Notes: a model not told the origin generated them from the sequence alone. Counted from the stretch's first letter, positions 19,617-32,024 are shown. The stretch: 64,000 nucleotides of DNA from Nitrosopumilaceae archaeon (GCA_965207375.1 OZ242274.1:224001-288000); one strand, 5' to 3'. Numbers and translations: made by a program.

Positions 19617-20866
19617 TGCCTGATTCATCTATTTCAAAATTCTTTGAAAAAACCAGACAGCAAAGATTAGAAATAATTAAAAATTTTGCCAATCTTTTAG
19701 ATGATGATATAAAGTTATTAGAGAATCCTGATGGTGGAATCACATTTGATGCAGCCGATAAGATGGTTGAGAATGCCTTTGCAACGTTTTCACTCCCCCT
19801 AGGTGTGGCAACTAACTTTTGTATAAATAAAAAGGATTATCTTATTCCAATGGCAATTGAGGAGCCTTCTGTAATTGCTGCTGCCTCAAAAGCTGCAAAA
19901 CTTGCAAGAGTTTTAGGAGGCTTTACTGTAACTGCTGATGAATCTTACAGCATAGGACAGATTCAGGTCTTGGGTGCAGATACAGATGCGATTTTAAAAA
20001 TAAAACAAAACACCCAACAGATTCTAGATCTTGCAAATTCAAAAAGCAGTACCCTGTCTGGTCTGGGCAAAGGTGCCAAACAAATTACCTGCAAACAACT
20101 TGCTACAGATTCAGAATCAATGCTAATAGTTGAGCTGCTAATTGATGTGGGAGACGCAATGGGTGCCAATGTAACTAATACAATGTGCGAAGGTGTGGCG
20201 CCGCTAGTTGAAAAATTGACTGGAGGAAGGACACTGCTTAGAATACTTTCAAACTATTCTACTAGTCGTATGGTAAAGGCTGTTGCAATCTTTGACAAGG
20301 AATCAATAGGTGGAGAAAAGGTGATACATGACATGATTGCTGCATATCAATTTGCAAAACATGATGTGTACAGGGCAGTGACGCACAACAAAGGAATAAT
20401 GAATGGAATAATTGCAGTGTCCAATGCAACAGGACAAGACAGTAGAGCAATTGAGGCTGCAGCCAATGCATATGCTGCGCGTTCAGGACAGTATACATCA
20501 TTGACATCATGGAATACAGATTATACAGGCAATCTTGTAGGTACTCTTGAGATGCCACTTGCAGTTGGAATTGTTGGCGGCATCATCGGCGTTCATCCGG
20601 TTGCAAAAATATGTGCAAAGATTTTGGGTGTAGAATCTGCAAAACAGCTTGCTTGTATAATTGCTGCTGTGGGATTAGCTCAAAACTTTAGTGCAATGAG
20701 GGCACTTGTCACCGATGGAATCCAAAAGGGTCACATGAGACTGCACGCCAGAAATCTGGCCTTGGCAGCAGGTGCCACTGCCAATCAGATTGACAAGATA
20801 GCCTCTAAAATGATTGAACAAAACAATATTACGTTAAACAGGGCTCGGGAGCTTCTTGAAAATTAA
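19616..20866 (+). CDS. hmgA: HMG-CoA reductase, class II
   Basis: EEPSVIAA, DAMGAN, THNKGIMNG, GIQKGHM motifs. Confidence 0.95.
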   Translation: MPDSSISKFFEKTRQQRLEIIKNFANLLDDDIKLLENPDGGITFDAADKMVENAFATFSLPLGVATNFCINKKDYLIPMAIEEPSVIAAASKAAKLARVLGGFTVTADESYSIGQIQVLGADTDAILKIKQNTQQILDLANSKSSTLSGLGKGAKQITCKQLATDSESMLIVELLIDVGDAMGANVTNTMCEGVAPLVEKLTGGRTLLRILSNYSTSRMVKAVAIFDKESIGGEKVIHDMIAAYQFAKHDVYRAVTHNKGIMNGIIAVSNATGQDSRAIEAAANAYAARSGQYTSLTSWNTDYTGNLVGTLEMPLAVGIVGGIIGVHPVAKICAKILGVESAKQLACIIAAVGLAQNFSAMRALVTDGIQKGHMRLHARNLALAAGATANQIDKIASKMIEQNNITLNRARELLEN

Positions 20867-21311
20867 TTGCAACAGGTAGAATTTATGACGTGTTTCTCAG
20901 GTGGTACAAAAACTAGTGATTTTTCTATTTCTTCAAAATCGCTTGTTCATCTTTAGTATCATATTTCCTGTATATTTTGCTTATATTTTTCTAGGGCAAA
21001 ATTTCATAGTTTTAACATTAAGGTACTGTAGGATTTATTTTGTTTCAGGCAAACATTTCATCAGTGTCTGAGACAATTGTTAAGATAGGGTGTATTGATT
21101 TTGCTAGTATTTGCAATGATAGTAATAGTAGGCTTTGCGCTCAATCAAATTTTGAATTAAAAATGATTAATTTTTTGATATATGATTCTGAAACAAATGG
21201 CACATTGAAAGAATTTCAGGCGCGAGGGCAGTCTAGAGAATTTTACCAACAGTCAATTCAGGAACACCTGAATTAATGACGTTATTATATAGATACAAAC
21301 AAGATACACCC

Positions 21312-22289
21312 ATGTCCAAAATAAGATTTGCCATACCAAAGGGAAGCTTAGAAGAGGCCACCTTTAAGATCCTAGAGAGAGCTTGGACCAAGGTAAATCG
21401 CAAGAGCAGAACCTACCGGGTATATCTAGATGATCCCAAAATTGTAGTCAAGATGCTACGACCCCAAGAGATCCCGACTCTGGTCAGTGAAGGGTTATAC
21501 GATGTGGGAATTACCGGCAAAGACTGGGTGGGCGAAACAAAATCCGACGTAGAACCAATTTTAGATTTAGAGTACGGAAAGATCAGACTAGTTGTCGCAT
21601 TTCCGGACAGTTACAGATACAAGAATCTCGATGCCATGATTGCAGATTATGCTAAAAAGAAAAAGACACTAAGAATATCATCTGAATATCTTACAACTGC
21701 ATCTGGATTCATCAAGGGGTGTCCGTCTTACAAAAAATACTTTGGTAATGCAGATCCGCAGATAGTCACTCCCTGGCTACGCACCGGAACCAACAAATCA
21801 CTTCAGATTCACCTGTCCTTTGGTGCAACAGAGGCAAAGCCACCTGAAGATGTAGATGCAATCATTGACGTAACTGAAACAGGAACGACACTAAAACAAA
21901 ACAAGCTTAAAATTGTCGAGGAGATTCTCACCTCAACTGCTCACCTAATAGCAAACAAAAAATCACTCAAAGACAAGACAAAGCGAGAAAAGATATTTGA
22001 TATAGTTACATTGATGAGGGGTGCAGTACATGCAAAAAAACATCTACACATCTATCTAAACGTCGAAGAAAAGAATCTCTCAAAACTATTAAAACAGATA
22101 TCCTCATTGAAAAAGCCGACAATTAGTCCCCTGAGTCAAAACGGCTGGTACGGGGTAAATACTATAATTACAAAGTCAGAATTTCACAAAATAATTCCGC
22201 AATTACGCAAAATCGCACAGGGACTAGTAGTACACGAACCACGACAAATCCTCGAACTTGAGGAGATCAAACGTGATGAAGAAAATTGA
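21312..22289 (+). CDS. hisG: ATP phosphoribosyltransferase
   Basis: AIPKGSL, GITGKD, GATE, DVTETGTTL motifs. Confidence 0.95.
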   Translation: MSKIRFAIPKGSLEEATFKILERAWTKVNRKSRTYRVYLDDPKIVVKMLRPQEIPTLVSEGLYDVGITGKDWVGETKSDVEPILDLEYGKIRLVVAFPDSYRYKNLDAMIADYAKKKKTLRISSEYLTTASGFIKGCPSYKKYFGNADPQIVTPWLRTGTNKSLQIHLSFGATEAKPPEDVDAIIDVTETGTTLKQNKLKIVEEILTSTAHLIANKKSLKDKTKREKIFDIVTLMRGAVHAKKHLHIYLNVEEKNLSKLLKQISSLKKPTISPLSQNGWYGVNTIITKSEFHKIIPQLRKIAQGLVVHEPRQILELEEIKRDEEN

Positions 22290-23554
22290 TGAAAATCATT
22301 CCAGTCAACAACATACCGCAGTTTTTAAAGAAAATAGACACAAAAAACTCTCCCAAAAATCACAAGATTGTCGAATCCATCCTCAAAGATGTAAAAAATA
22401 ACGGTGATACTGCCCTTAAAAAATATGAAAAAAGATTCAGTACGCCAAAAATTACATCACTCAAAGTTTCAAGGCGCCAAATTACAGCTGCGTATAGTAA
22501 AGTTTCAGCAGCCGATGTTGCTGCAATCCGACTCGCAAAATCCAGACTATACAGAGCAGAATCTGCCATACTGCGTCAGCTAAAGAGTATCACAATAAAA
22601 TATGACACTGCAAAGCTGTCAAAATCATTTGTTCCAATAGACAGTGTCGGGTGTTATGTGCCGGGTGGTTCTGCAAGATATCCAAGCTCTGCTATAATGT
22701 CAGTTACTCCTGCCAAAATTGCAGGCGTAAAACGAATTGTTGTAGTTTCTCCCCCTGATAAGACCGGAAATATGGATCCTCTAACTATAGTGGCTGCTGA
22801 CATTTGTGGTGCTACTGAAATTTACAAGACAGGTGGCGCACAGGCTATTGCCGCCCTTGCCTATGGTACACGCAGCATACCAAAGGTAGACAAGATTGTA
22901 GGACCCGGAGGTGCATTTGTAACTTTGGCAAAATGGCTTGTCAGCAATGTTGTACCAATTGACATGATGGCAGGCCCCACCGAACTAGGAATTGTAATTG
23001 ACTCTGTACAGGATACAGATCTTGCAGTATTGGATCTTATTTCTCAGGCAGAGCACTCTCCTGACACCGTTTGCTATGTGCTGACCACCTCTGCTGTAAT
23101 TGCCAAAAAAATCCAATCCGGCATAAACTCTAAACTAAACAGCATACCTCGCTCAAAGATTGTAAGGCACAGTCTTGATACAAACGGATTTATCGCAATA
23201 TGCAAAAATGCAGATATTACACGGATTGCAAATGAGCTTGCACCAGAACACCTCGAAATTATAAGCAAAAGGCCAAAAAGTTACAACAAGATCAAAAATC
23301 CGGGGCTGATTCTTTTGGGCAAAAACACTCCATCTTCTGCTAGTGACTATCTGTTGGGTTCAAATCACATCCTGCCCACAAACGGATTTGGAAAAACTAG
23401 AGGCTCCTTATCTGTACTAGATTTTCTCAAGATGCTTGCCAAAATCAGTACCTGCACAAAAGATTTACAGAAAATATCAAAACCCCTAAGACGGCTAACT
23501 TTGGCAGAAGGATTGCCAAATCATTATGAAGCAGTAAGAGGCAGATTGCAATGA
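22286..23554 (+). CDS. hisD: Histidinol dehydrogenase
   Basis: YVPGG, GGAQAIA, AGPTE, SQAEH, APEHL, NHILPT motifs. Confidence 0.96.
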   Translation: MMKIIPVNNIPQFLKKIDTKNSPKNHKIVESILKDVKNNGDTALKKYEKRFSTPKITSLKVSRRQITAAYSKVSAADVAAIRLAKSRLYRAESAILRQLKSITIKYDTAKLSKSFVPIDSVGCYVPGGSARYPSSAIMSVTPAKIAGVKRIVVVSPPDKTGNMDPLTIVAADICGATEIYKTGGAQAIAALAYGTRSIPKVDKIVGPGGAFVTLAKWLVSNVVPIDMMAGPTELGIVIDSVQDTDLAVLDLISQAEHSPDTVCYVLTTSAVIAKKIQSGINSKLNSIPRSKIVRHSLDTNGFIAICKNADITRIANELAPEHLEIISKRPKSYNKIKNPGLILLGKNTPSSASDYLLGSNHILPTNGFGKTRGSLSVLDFLKMLAKISTCTKDLQKISKPLRRLTLAEGLPNHYEAVRGRLQ

Positions 23555-24618
23555 GTATATGGTATGAAAAAAAATTGGAGCAAATTTCAAGACTTGGAGG
23601 ATACAAAAAGCCTGAAAAGTTAGACGGTGCACTAAAGCTTGACTCTAATGAGAATTTTGTAATAAACAAAAAGTTCCAACACGATGTTATATCTTTTGCC
23701 AAGACAAATTCTGATGTTAGACAATACCCGTTAGGCGGTATTGAAAGACTCGTATCAAAGTTGGCCAAACACCTTCGAGTTTCTACAAACATGGTAGGTG
23801 TTGGCAACGGCTCTGATCAAATTCTGGATCTGTTTTTGGCAAATCTGGCATCAAAAAAGACCCGAATCTTGACCTCGGATCCAACATTTGGATTTTTTGA
23901 GGAGCGCTGTAAACTGTACGGCATTCCTTGTACAAAGATTCCGTTTTCCAAAGACATGAAACTTGACATTGAGAAATTTCACGAAAATCTAAAAAAGTGC
24001 CAAATTCTGTATCTGGATTCTCCAAACAATCCGACCGGATTCTGCTTTTCAAAGAATCAGATAGAGTCACTAGTCAAAAAATTTGGCGGACTAGTAATTG
24101 TAGATGAGGCATATGGCGAGTTTGCTAGCTCATCTACAGTATCACTTGCAAAAAGATACGACAACTTGATTGTTGTAAAGACCTTTTCAAAGGCATTTGG
24201 CCTTGCAGGTCTGCGTCTGGGCTATTTTGTTGCAAACGCAAAAATTACAGATACGTTCAACCGAGTTTTACAATATCCTTATCCTCTAAGTACACTTGCA
24301 ATTGAGGCAGGCATTGCCTCTTTAGACAGAACACACCTTATACAGGAGGCAGCAAAAACAATAAAATCAGAACGCAAAAGAATAATTCAAAATCTGCGTA
24401 AATATGACACATTTACCGTCTTTGATTCAGATGCTAATTTTGTGTTGTTTGATGCAAAGGGTGCAGACAAGCGTGTATACACTGCACTAGTAGAGCAGGG
24501 AATCTCCATACGCAAGCTAGGCAGGATTGGAATTCATCCGGGGTGCCTGCGTGTTACGGTTGGCACAAAGGAGATGAACTCTAAATTCCTTTTGGCAATA
24601 CGTGATCTGTTGGGATAA
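23551..24618 (+). CDS. hisC: Histidinol-phosphate aminotransferase
   Basis: GNGSD, SPNNPTG, DEAY, TFSKAFGLAGLRLG motifs. Confidence 0.95.
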   Translation: MSIWYEKKLEQISRLGGYKKPEKLDGALKLDSNENFVINKKFQHDVISFAKTNSDVRQYPLGGIERLVSKLAKHLRVSTNMVGVGNGSDQILDLFLANLASKKTRILTSDPTFGFFEERCKLYGIPCTKIPFSKDMKLDIEKFHENLKKCQILYLDSPNNPTGFCFSKNQIESLVKKFGGLVIVDEAYGEFASSSTVSLAKRYDNLIVVKTFSKAFGLAGLRLGYFVANAKITDTFNRVLQYPYPLSTLAIEAGIASLDRTHLIQEAAKTIKSERKRIIQNLRKYDTFTVFDSDANFVLFDAKGADKRVYTALVEQGISIRKLGRIGIHPGCLRVTVGTKEMNSKFLLAIRDLLG

Positions 24619-24619
24619 A

Positions 24620-25537
24620 ATGAGTAACCAAAAATTTGACTGCATAGTCTTTGATTGTGATGGAGTGCTAGTTGACATAAAACAGTCTTATGATAAGACA
24701 ATACAGAAAACATGCAGTTATGTACTGTATCAGATAGGAATTGACTCGATACTAGTTGATCACAAAATAATAGACGGATTCAAGGCAACAGGTGGATTCA
24801 ATGACGAGGTGGACCTGACATATGCGGCAATACTGTCCCTTTATGCAGCAGACAAACTAAACCAGAAACCTTATGACTTTTTATGCGAGGTCATCTCACA
24901 TGCTGATAAAACCGGAATACGCTCCGTTGTGGCATATATTGAATCAGTATGTGATGTATCTGAAATTTTATCAAAACTAGGCTCACTACACGATAGACAC
25001 TGCAATCCTGTGTATGCAGTCTTTGATCAGCTCTTCTTTGGACCGCAGCTATACAAGAAATTATTTGGCAAGCCATCAAAGTTTTCCCAACCTGGAATGA
25101 TTTTAAATGATATGGTAATTTTGTCTGAATCATTGTTAAAGTTACTACAAAAAGAGTTTGGTACACGACTTGCACTAGTTACCGGACGGGGAATCGAATC
25201 GGTTCGCTATACCCTAAAGGAGATGCTTGACTATTTTGATGTAAAAAGTTCTGCATTTTTAGAAGATGAGCCAAGGGATCTTGCAAAGCCTAATCCTGCA
25301 AGTCTGATTTCTGCCATGATTTCAATGGGGTCAAAAAATTGCCTTTATGTGGGAGATTCCCTAGAGGATTACATAATGGCAAAGGAGGCAGCTCTTGCAG
25401 GCAAAGATGTCACATTTTGTGCAATTGTAGGCACAAGTGCCAATCCACAAGACAGGCGTAAAATGTTTGAGGATTCTGGTGTACAGATGATCCTAGACTC
25501 AATTGATGATCTTCCGAAGGCATTAAATTTAGATTGA
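24620..25537 (+). CDS. HAD-family hydrolase (candidate histidinol phosphatase)
   Basis: FDCDGVL, KPNP, VGDS motifs; lies inside the his cluster. Confidence 0.85.
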   Translation: MSNQKFDCIVFDCDGVLVDIKQSYDKTIQKTCSYVLYQIGIDSILVDHKIIDGFKATGGFNDEVDLTYAAILSLYAADKLNQKPYDFLCEVISHADKTGIRSVVAYIESVCDVSEILSKLGSLHDRHCNPVYAVFDQLFFGPQLYKKLFGKPSKFSQPGMILNDMVILSESLLKLLQKEFGTRLALVTGRGIESVRYTLKEMLDYFDVKSSAFLEDEPRDLAKPNPASLISAMISMGSKNCLYVGDSLEDYIMAKEAALAGKDVTFCAIVGTSANPQDRRKMFEDSGVQMILDSIDDLPKALNLD

Positions 25538-25559
25538 TGTAACATGTGTATTTATTAGG

Positions 25560-26147
25560 ATGAAAAAGCGATCAAGCAAACAAAAACGTGAGACAAAGGA
25601 GACTGCCGTTTCAGTAATTGTCAATATTGACGGTACCGGCAAAACTAGCGTATCTACAGGTACAAGCTTTGTTGATCACTTGATTATAGCGTTTGCAAAA
25701 CACGCAATGCTAGACTGTACTATACAGGCAAAATCAAAGGACAACATCGTACATCACTTAATTGAGGATACTGCAATTACAATTGGAAATGCAATTGATG
25801 CTGCATTGGGAGACCGAAAAGGCATTACGCGCTTTGGCCATGCATCTGTTCCGATGGATGAATCACTAGCTGAGGCCTCAGTTGATTTGGTAAAAAGACC
25901 GTTTTATAATCTGACTTTGCGTATTAAAAGGACAAATATTGAGGACGTATCAAAGGAGGATCTTGAACATTTTTTCCAGTCTTTACTACAGAATTTAAAC
26001 TGCTGCGTACACCTTGCTGTAAAATACGGCGACAATGATCACCACAAAGTAGAGGCTGCAATAAAATCTCTAGCCGTGGCATTTAGGTCTGCATGCAGTC
26101 CTGATTCTGCGCAAAAAGGAATTCCAAGTACAAAAGGCGCAATGTAA
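25560..26147 (+). CDS. hisB: Imidazoleglycerol-phosphate dehydratase
   Basis: [26 protein letters not shown] motifs. Confidence 0.96.
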   Translation: MKKRSSKQKRETKETAVSVIVNIDGTGKTSVSTGTSFVDHLIIAFAKHAMLDCTIQAKSKDNIVHHLIEDTAITIGNAIDAALGDRKGITRFGHASVPMDESLAEASVDLVKRPFYNLTLRIKRTNIEDVSKEDLEHFFQSLLQNLNCCVHLAVKYGDNDHHKVEAAIKSLAVAFRSACSPDSAQKGIPSTKGAM

Positions 26148-26749
26148 TGAGTAATATTGCAATATTTGATTACGGGGCAGGAAATATCTTTAGTCTCAAA
26201 AACGCGTTGGAAAAACAAAATGCAACAGTGACGGTACAGACTAGAGTAGACAAGCTGTCCGGATATGACGGAATTTTTCTGCCCGGAGTAGGCAACTTTG
26301 ATCCTGCAATACAAAGCATAAGCTGCGGCCCGGCAGATTTTTGCCAAATTGTAGGAGATACTCCAGTCTTTGGAATATGTCTGGGCATGGAGATGTTCTT
26401 TGAGAAAAGCCAGGAAGGTACACAAAAAGGCCTAGGAGTCATTGCAGGCGACGTAATTGTGTTGCCTGACACACTAAAGGTTCCACACATGGGATGGAAC
26501 GAACTCAAAATAAAACAGGAAAATAAAATCCTCGATGGAGTACCTGACGGCTCTTGGGTTTACTTTGTACACTCGTACAGGGCAAATCCTATATCGTCTG
26601 ATGTTATAGTTGCAGAATCCGACTATGCCATTAAGGTTCCTGCCATAGTTTGCAAGGATAACTATTTTGGAACCCAGTTTCACCCAGAAAAATCAGGTGA
26701 TATAGGCGCCCAGATGCTGAGGAATTTTCTGCGAGAGTGCTCCAAATGA
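26147..26749 (+). CDS. hisH: IGP synthase glutaminase subunit
   Basis: LPGVG, GICLG, PHMGWN, QFHPEKS motifs. Confidence 0.96.
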   Translation: MSNIAIFDYGAGNIFSLKNALEKQNATVTVQTRVDKLSGYDGIFLPGVGNFDPAIQSISCGPADFCQIVGDTPVFGICLGMEMFFEKSQEGTQKGLGVIAGDVIVLPDTLKVPHMGWNELKIKQENKILDGVPDGSWVYFVHSYRANPISSDVIVAESDYAIKVPAIVCKDNYFGTQFHPEKSGDIGAQMLRNFLRECSK

Positions 26750-27456
26750 AGATAATCCCTGCCATTGATTTGATGGATGGCGCAGTAGTTAGACTGTACA
26801 AGGGGGATCCTTTACAAAAAACGGTATACAGCGATAATCCCACACATGTTGCCAAAAGATACCAGTCAGCAGGTGCTGACATGTTGCACATTGTAGATTT
26901 GGATGCGACCCTTGGAACCGGCAGCAATTTGGATTTGATTGAAAAAATCACCAAAGAGCTGCATGTTCCGGTGCAGGTAGCAGGAGGCCTACGCAATGAA
27001 TCAATAATTGATAGAGTAATTTGCTTTGCTGCAAGAATCGTAGTTGGAACCCTAGCATTTACTGATAAAAAACTCTTGGCAGACATTGCTAAACGGCACG
27101 GGTTTTCCAAAATTGTAATTTCAGTTGATCATGCAAATGGATATATCGTCACACACGGATGGCAAAAAAGTACCAAGGTGCCGCTGCTTTGTGCAATAAA
27201 CGAGTTTATGGCAATGGGTTTTACAGAATTTTTATTAACCAACGTGCACAAAGATGGCACACTACAGGGGCCTGACCTGGAATTTCTAGAAAAGGCATGC
27301 AGTATAAAAAACGCAAATGTGATTGCAAGCGGCGGAATATCTGGCATTGAAGACGTATCTGATGTATACAAACAAGACGCATATGCGGTAATCTTGGGCA
27401 AGGCACTATACGAAAACAAGATATCAATCCAGGAGGCAAAAAAAATTGTTAACTAG
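26746..27456 (+). CDS. hisA: ProFAR isomerase
   Basis: IIPAIDL..G.VVRL, HIVDLD, DGTLQG motifs. Confidence 0.95.
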   Translation: MKIIPAIDLMDGAVVRLYKGDPLQKTVYSDNPTHVAKRYQSAGADMLHIVDLDATLGTGSNLDLIEKITKELHVPVQVAGGLRNESIIDRVICFAARIVVGTLAFTDKKLLADIAKRHGFSKIVISVDHANGYIVTHGWQKSTKVPLLCAINEFMAMGFTEFLLTNVHKDGTLQGPDLEFLEKACSIKNANVIASGGISGIEDVSDVYKQDAYAVILGKALYENKISIQEAKKIVN

Positions 27457-28246
27457 GAGAATCATACCGTGTCTAGATGTCAAAAACGGCAGAGTTGTAA
27501 AGGGACTCAACTTTGCATCCATAAAGGACGCAGGAGATCCGGTACAGCTTGCAGCCAAATACAGCAAAGAGGGTGCAGACGAGCTTGTCTTTTTGGATAT
27601 CACTGCATCGCAAGAAAAGCGCAAGACAGTGCGGCAACTAGTATCTGGTATAGCTCAAGTAATTGATATTCCATTTACTGTGGGCGGCGGTGTAAACAGT
27701 ATGGAGGATGCAAGAAATATCCTGCTTAGCGGGGCTGACAAAGTCGGCGTAAACACAGGTGCTGTAAAAAATCCACATTTACTGGCAGAATTAATGTCAA
27801 TATTTGGCAAGCAGTGTGTTGTAATTGCAATAGATGCAAAACGCAATTATGTGCAAGACTCTACTAAGACAATGTTTGAAGAGGGAGGCAAAAAATTCTG
27901 GTTTGAGGTTTTCATATATGGCGGTAAAAAACCAACAGGCCTTGATGCAATACAGTGGGCAAGGCAGGCAACTACACTAGGTGCAGGAGAGGTCCTTCTT
28001 ACTAGCATAGACCGGGATGGGACAAAGGACGGATACGACGTGTCCCTTACGCGGGCAATAGTTGATTCAGTATCTGTGCCTGTAATTGCATCTGGCGGAT
28101 GCGGCAGGCCCGAAGACATGTGCGAGATTTTTGAAAAATCAAATGTAGATGCTGCACTTGCAGCATCAATATTTCACTATGAGGGCAGCTCAGTTAATGC
28201 AGTCAAAAAAATACTCAAAGATAAAAACATCCCTGTACGATTATAA
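27446..28246 (+). CDS. hisF: IGP synthase cyclase subunit
   Basis: [26 protein letters not shown] motifs. Confidence 0.97.
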   Translation: MLTRRIIPCLDVKNGRVVKGLNFASIKDAGDPVQLAAKYSKEGADELVFLDITASQEKRKTVRQLVSGIAQVIDIPFTVGGGVNSMEDARNILLSGADKVGVNTGAVKNPHLLAELMSIFGKQCVVIAIDAKRNYVQDSTKTMFEEGGKKFWFEVFIYGGKKPTGLDAIQWARQATTLGAGEVLLTSIDRDGTKDGYDVSLTRAIVDSVSVPVIASGGCGRPEDMCEIFEKSNVDAALAASIFHYEGSSVNAVKKILKDKNIPVRL

Positions 28247-28269
28247 GGAAATTATACCATGATACATCA

Positions 28270-28596
28270 ATGAACAAAACGGTCAAAGAGATTGATTTTG
28301 CAAAGGGCGGAGGTCTAGTTCCGGTTATAGTTCAAGATGCAGATACAAAACAGGTTTTGACATTGGCCTATGCCAACAAAGAGTCTCTAGAGCTTGCCAA
28401 AAAAACGGGCAACTCTTGGTTTTGGAGCAGATCACGAAACAAACTGTGGATGAAGGGCGAAGAATCTGGTAACGTTCAAAAAATAAAAGACATTCTTGTT
28501 GATTGTGATTCTGATGCACTCATTTATCTGGTAGAGCCGTCTGGTCCTGCATGTCATACTGGACAAAAGGTCTGTTTTCATCATACGCTGGATTAA
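28270..28596 (+). CDS. hisI: Phosphoribosyl-AMP cyclohydrolase
   Basis: WSRSR..LW.KGE.SG, DCDSD, ACHTG..CF motifs. Confidence 0.96.
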   Translation: MNKTVKEIDFAKGGGLVPVIVQDADTKQVLTLAYANKESLELAKKTGNSWFWSRSRNKLWMKGEESGNVQKIKDILVDCDSDALIYLVEPSGPACHTGQKVCFHHTLD

Positions 28597-29138
28597 CACA
28601 CCGGCTCAAACCTGTGTTCCTCACCTGGAACAAATACAGAGTCTGAAATTGTGAATTGTATGTTGTCGTAATTCATTCCTCTAAACACTATTGTCCATTC
28701 TCCTGCGATATCATCTATGTTGCAAATGTTTTTTTGTGCATTTACATCTGGTGTAAAGTACTGGTTAAATGACGGTTTTTGACCGTCAATTGGAAATGTA
28801 ATAAACACAGAATAGTGTGTCTCGTTTAGGGGTCTAAGAAATGCTGCCTGACCCTTTTCATCAGGAGACAGCTGATTGACCCTGAAAAATATATTCTCAC
28901 CTAATGCGTAATGGCTTCTATCTATTTGAAATGGCCCCGATGTTATCCATTCTCTTGGTCTGTCGGATCTGTATTCTGAACCAAGATCTGTAGACGTATT
29001 TGGTTCATACAGTACTTCTGGCTCCACTGCCATCTTTGGTTCAGGGACGTCATCCTCTGATAACAATCCCAATATTGCAACGGCTGCAATTGCTACAATT
29101 GCTGCGATACTGATTGCAAAAATTGGTATGTAATTCAC
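28593..29138 (-). CDS. Membrane-anchored hypothetical protein
   Basis: N-terminal TM helix, [12 protein letters not shown] motif, Ig-like body. Confidence 0.75.
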   Translation of the reverse strand: MNYIPIFAISIAAIVAIAAVAILGLLSEDDVPEPKMAVEPEVLYEPNTSTDLGSEYRSDRPREWITSGPFQIDRSHYALGENIFFRVNQLSPDEKGQAAFLRPLNETHYSVFITFPIDGQKPSFNQYFTPDVNAQKNICNIDDIAGEWTIVFRGMNYDNIQFTISDSVFVPGEEHRFEPVC

Positions 29139-30037
29139 TGACCGAATGGCATTTTTTTGTGTCTAAAAGTCTTTGGCAAGGCTCGATTGCTTTTGAATTT
29201 GCGCCTAATTGAGATTATGCAAGTCGTTTGCAAAATCAATGACGATTGAATGTAAAAATCATTGATTCAAAATTTTTTACGCACACAACTTTGTAAAGCA
29301 GATGTGTATGTTGTTTAATTAAGTCTCTAATGTTTTCAAAACTTTTGCAATCTTTGGCCATAATGGACTAGAGTATTTCTTGCTATTTGCTTCAGCTTCT
29401 ACAGCTGTCATAGGATTGTCATGCTGTATCAATCCAAATCCTGCCAAAACTCTATTCCATCTGTCAACGTGTTGCTCACCGTGATGGGTTTGACTTGCAA
29501 GGAACTTTACATCATTGATTAGTTCTGGGTCAATTGTGTATGTTTGTGTGCCTTGCAATTGGTCTGGTACACCATACCCTTGTATTGAACCGCCATGTAT
29601 TGCATCATCTATTGGTGAGTTTAGTGGTATTGGTTTTGGGTCTACAAATACATTCACACTTGCAAAACCTAGACTTGGTATTCCAACATCACCACCAGTA
29701 ATTCTTTCATTGAACCTCGGCACCAAGTTGCTTGATACTGTAACTTCTATATCTCTTAACTCAAAGTATATCACGAAATTACCGTCAGGATTAGATTGAT
29801 AGACAGCAAGATGAGAATTAGTTCCAAGGAAAAAAGGATCTTTGTTTATTATAGCATTAGAAGGAATAACAGGATTGCCTTCCATATTAGGACTGATAAA
29901 GGAATCAGAACCCGGAGAAAATCTGTCTGGTACGCCTGATACAATTATTATTGTACTCTCACCTGGATGCATTGTTGTATGTGGAACATTACGACTTGCT
30001 GGTTGATCATAGTGTCTTGCATCAATCTGTATTATGT

Positions 30038-31532
30038 GTACTTGTTCACCTATTTTTGAGCATTTTTGGCCCTAAATGTACCGAACCAGCTCTGCTAGAT
30101 AATCCTGTCCCAGATTCTTCCAGGTAGTAACACACGTATACAGATTGCCTCTACGCTCCATACTTTTTTCAGATCTGAGACATCCACGTATTCTCCTGCA
30201 CACAACATACTCACGCAGGCTCTGCTCTGCAAGATTGCTTGTAGATGGTATACGAGGGTCTATGACAAACCGGAACATGTCAGGTATGGCCCGTGACAGT
30301 TTTGCTACAAATTTACCCACAATTTCATCATTGGCATACCTTTTGACAAGGTTACGTGTTCTTTTTTCCAATTGTACAGCATATGATTCTCTGTAATCAG
30401 GTGGTTTGTCTAGGACATGTTTGCCGTCATGGTATATCTTTTGTAGGCATTGCAGTGTATTTTTTGCAATTTTAGAATCTGGATTCTTTTGTGATATTGT
30501 TTTGATTTCACGTATTAGGTGCGCGTTACATCTCTGGATGATATATCTGCGGTATGGAGGCCATCCGTCACAGGTAATGATTATATCTTGTGAGTCACCT
30601 ATTATTTCCTTGAGTACGTTTGCTCCCCTGCTGGGATTAATTATATAGAAATTCTCACTTGTAATTGGATTATGAAACGTCCACAACCATATCGTCTTTC
30701 CATGCAGTCGCTCTGATGTCTCATCTGCTATCAGAATCTCGGCTTCCTGTATCTTTTCTTTTATCTCATTTGCAGGCACAAATAACGCATCAGAGACTAT
30801 ATCTATGATGTTTTGAATACCTCCTTCAGATATTTCGATTCCACGTCTTTTCATGGCCTCCTTGTTCATACGTACCGGCATGCGATGTATGTGATTATCC
30901 ATTATCTCCTTTATCACTTCATTTCCAAACTGACCTTTTTTTGGAATGTCAACCTCGGGTGTAATGTCAGTAGCTCCACAGCAGTTGCAATGATACCCAT
31001 GAATCTTGTGCTTGCAAGTATGTGGAGGAGGAGTTTTCACAATATCAGTTATTATCCTGATTTTGGTGTCTGTATGGTGTATGTCTTGAGAACCACACTT
31101 GGTACACGTGTCTAATTTGTGCTCTTTTTCTTCATCTACTTTGACCTTGCGGGTTACACCTGTGCGACCAGGTTGTCCTCCCTGTTTTTTTCCAGTAGAT
31201 TTTTTGTTCTCTGCACGTATTTTGCGGTCCTGCTTGCGTGTAATGGAATCCTTAGATGGAGGAGTATTGGAATTGTCATGATAGTTGTCACGTTTGGTAA
31301 GCTCTTGAATTTTTTTATCTTTTTGTAGTAGGAGGTCATCTTTTTGTAATATGATTTTTTGTAAACTTGATACTAGAGATTCAAGAAGAAGGACTTTTCG
31401 GTGTTCCTTTTTGTATGCACTTTTCCAGTTGATGGTACTCATTATACAACTTGTGAGTCAGAATGATTTAGATCTGATGGTGATCAAAATTTGAACAAAT
31501 GGTGAAATTGTAGACACCACGTGAACAAGTAC
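30038..31532 (-). mobile_element. IS66-family element (single ORF), 1495 bp
   Basis: Perfect 12-bp inverted ends GTACTTGTTCAC; 8-bp TSD TATTATGT at 30030-30037 and 31533-31540. Confidence 0.95.
30072..31442 (-). CDS. IS66 transposase
   Basis: NSNTPPSKD, GGQPG, Zn finger, ADET, CDGW, QRCNAHL, TSNLAEQSLR motifs. Confidence 0.95.
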   Translation of the reverse strand: MSTINWKSAYKKEHRKVLLLESLVSSLQKIILQKDDLLLQKDKKIQELTKRDNYHDNSNTPPSKDSITRKQDRKIRAENKKSTGKKQGGQPGRTGVTRKVKVDEEKEHKLDTCTKCGSQDIHHTDTKIRIITDIVKTPPPHTCKHKIHGYHCNCCGATDITPEVDIPKKGQFGNEVIKEIMDNHIHRMPVRMNKEAMKRRGIEISEGGIQNIIDIVSDALFVPANEIKEKIQEAEILIADETSERLHGKTIWLWTFHNPITSENFYIINPSRGANVLKEIIGDSQDIIITCDGWPPYRRYIIQRCNAHLIREIKTISQKNPDSKIAKNTLQCLQKIYHDGKHVLDKPPDYRESYAVQLEKRTRNLVKRYANDEIVGKFVAKLSRAIPDMFRFVIDPRIPSTSNLAEQSLREYVVCRRIRGCLRSEKSMERRGNLYTCVTTWKNLGQDYLAELVRYI

Positions 31533-32024
31533 TATTATGTTATCTGCACTCTTTACATTAATCTCTAGTTTTTGCAATACTGGATTTGAAATACATGTAT
31601 TAGCTGCACCGCCACAATCTGCAGCATCAACAAATTCTTCACCAAATATGGTAATATGTCGTACAGCGTCAGGGTCTGCATCAGCAGATACGTGTATTTT
31701 TACTGTAAATGTACCACCTGCATCTGCTAATTTCTGGGTATAATCAGGCCTGATGACTCTATCATCATGAGTTATGATATTGTCATCTGCATATTGTCGG
31801 TTATCAGCTGTTAACATGAAATAAGCCTTAGTGAAAGTACCACCCATCTGTACATTCACAAATGTAATGTCTGTTGCTTTATCACTGCCAAATGTGTATA
31901 GGATTGTATCTCCTGCCTTTACATCTACAGTATCAGTAGGGTCTTGCGCATATACAGAAGGCATGACAAGTAATAATGATACGCTGAAAAGAACCGTGAT
32001 GATTCCAAGGTGTAAAGTTTTCAT

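Larger units (their letters stand above)
29319..32024 (-). pseudogene. Secreted-protein paralogue (about 400 aa when rejoined) split by IS66
   Basis: Removing the IS and one TSD gives in-frame ...KSADNIIQIDARHYDQ...MHPGE...; C-terminal HVDRWNR module. Confidence 0.9.

Noticed and set aside
21040-21276. 78-aa ORF upstream of hisG (likewise 47676-48086, 52028-52276, 60658-60897)
   Set aside because: No motifs; intergenic or antisense ORFs that are probably spurious
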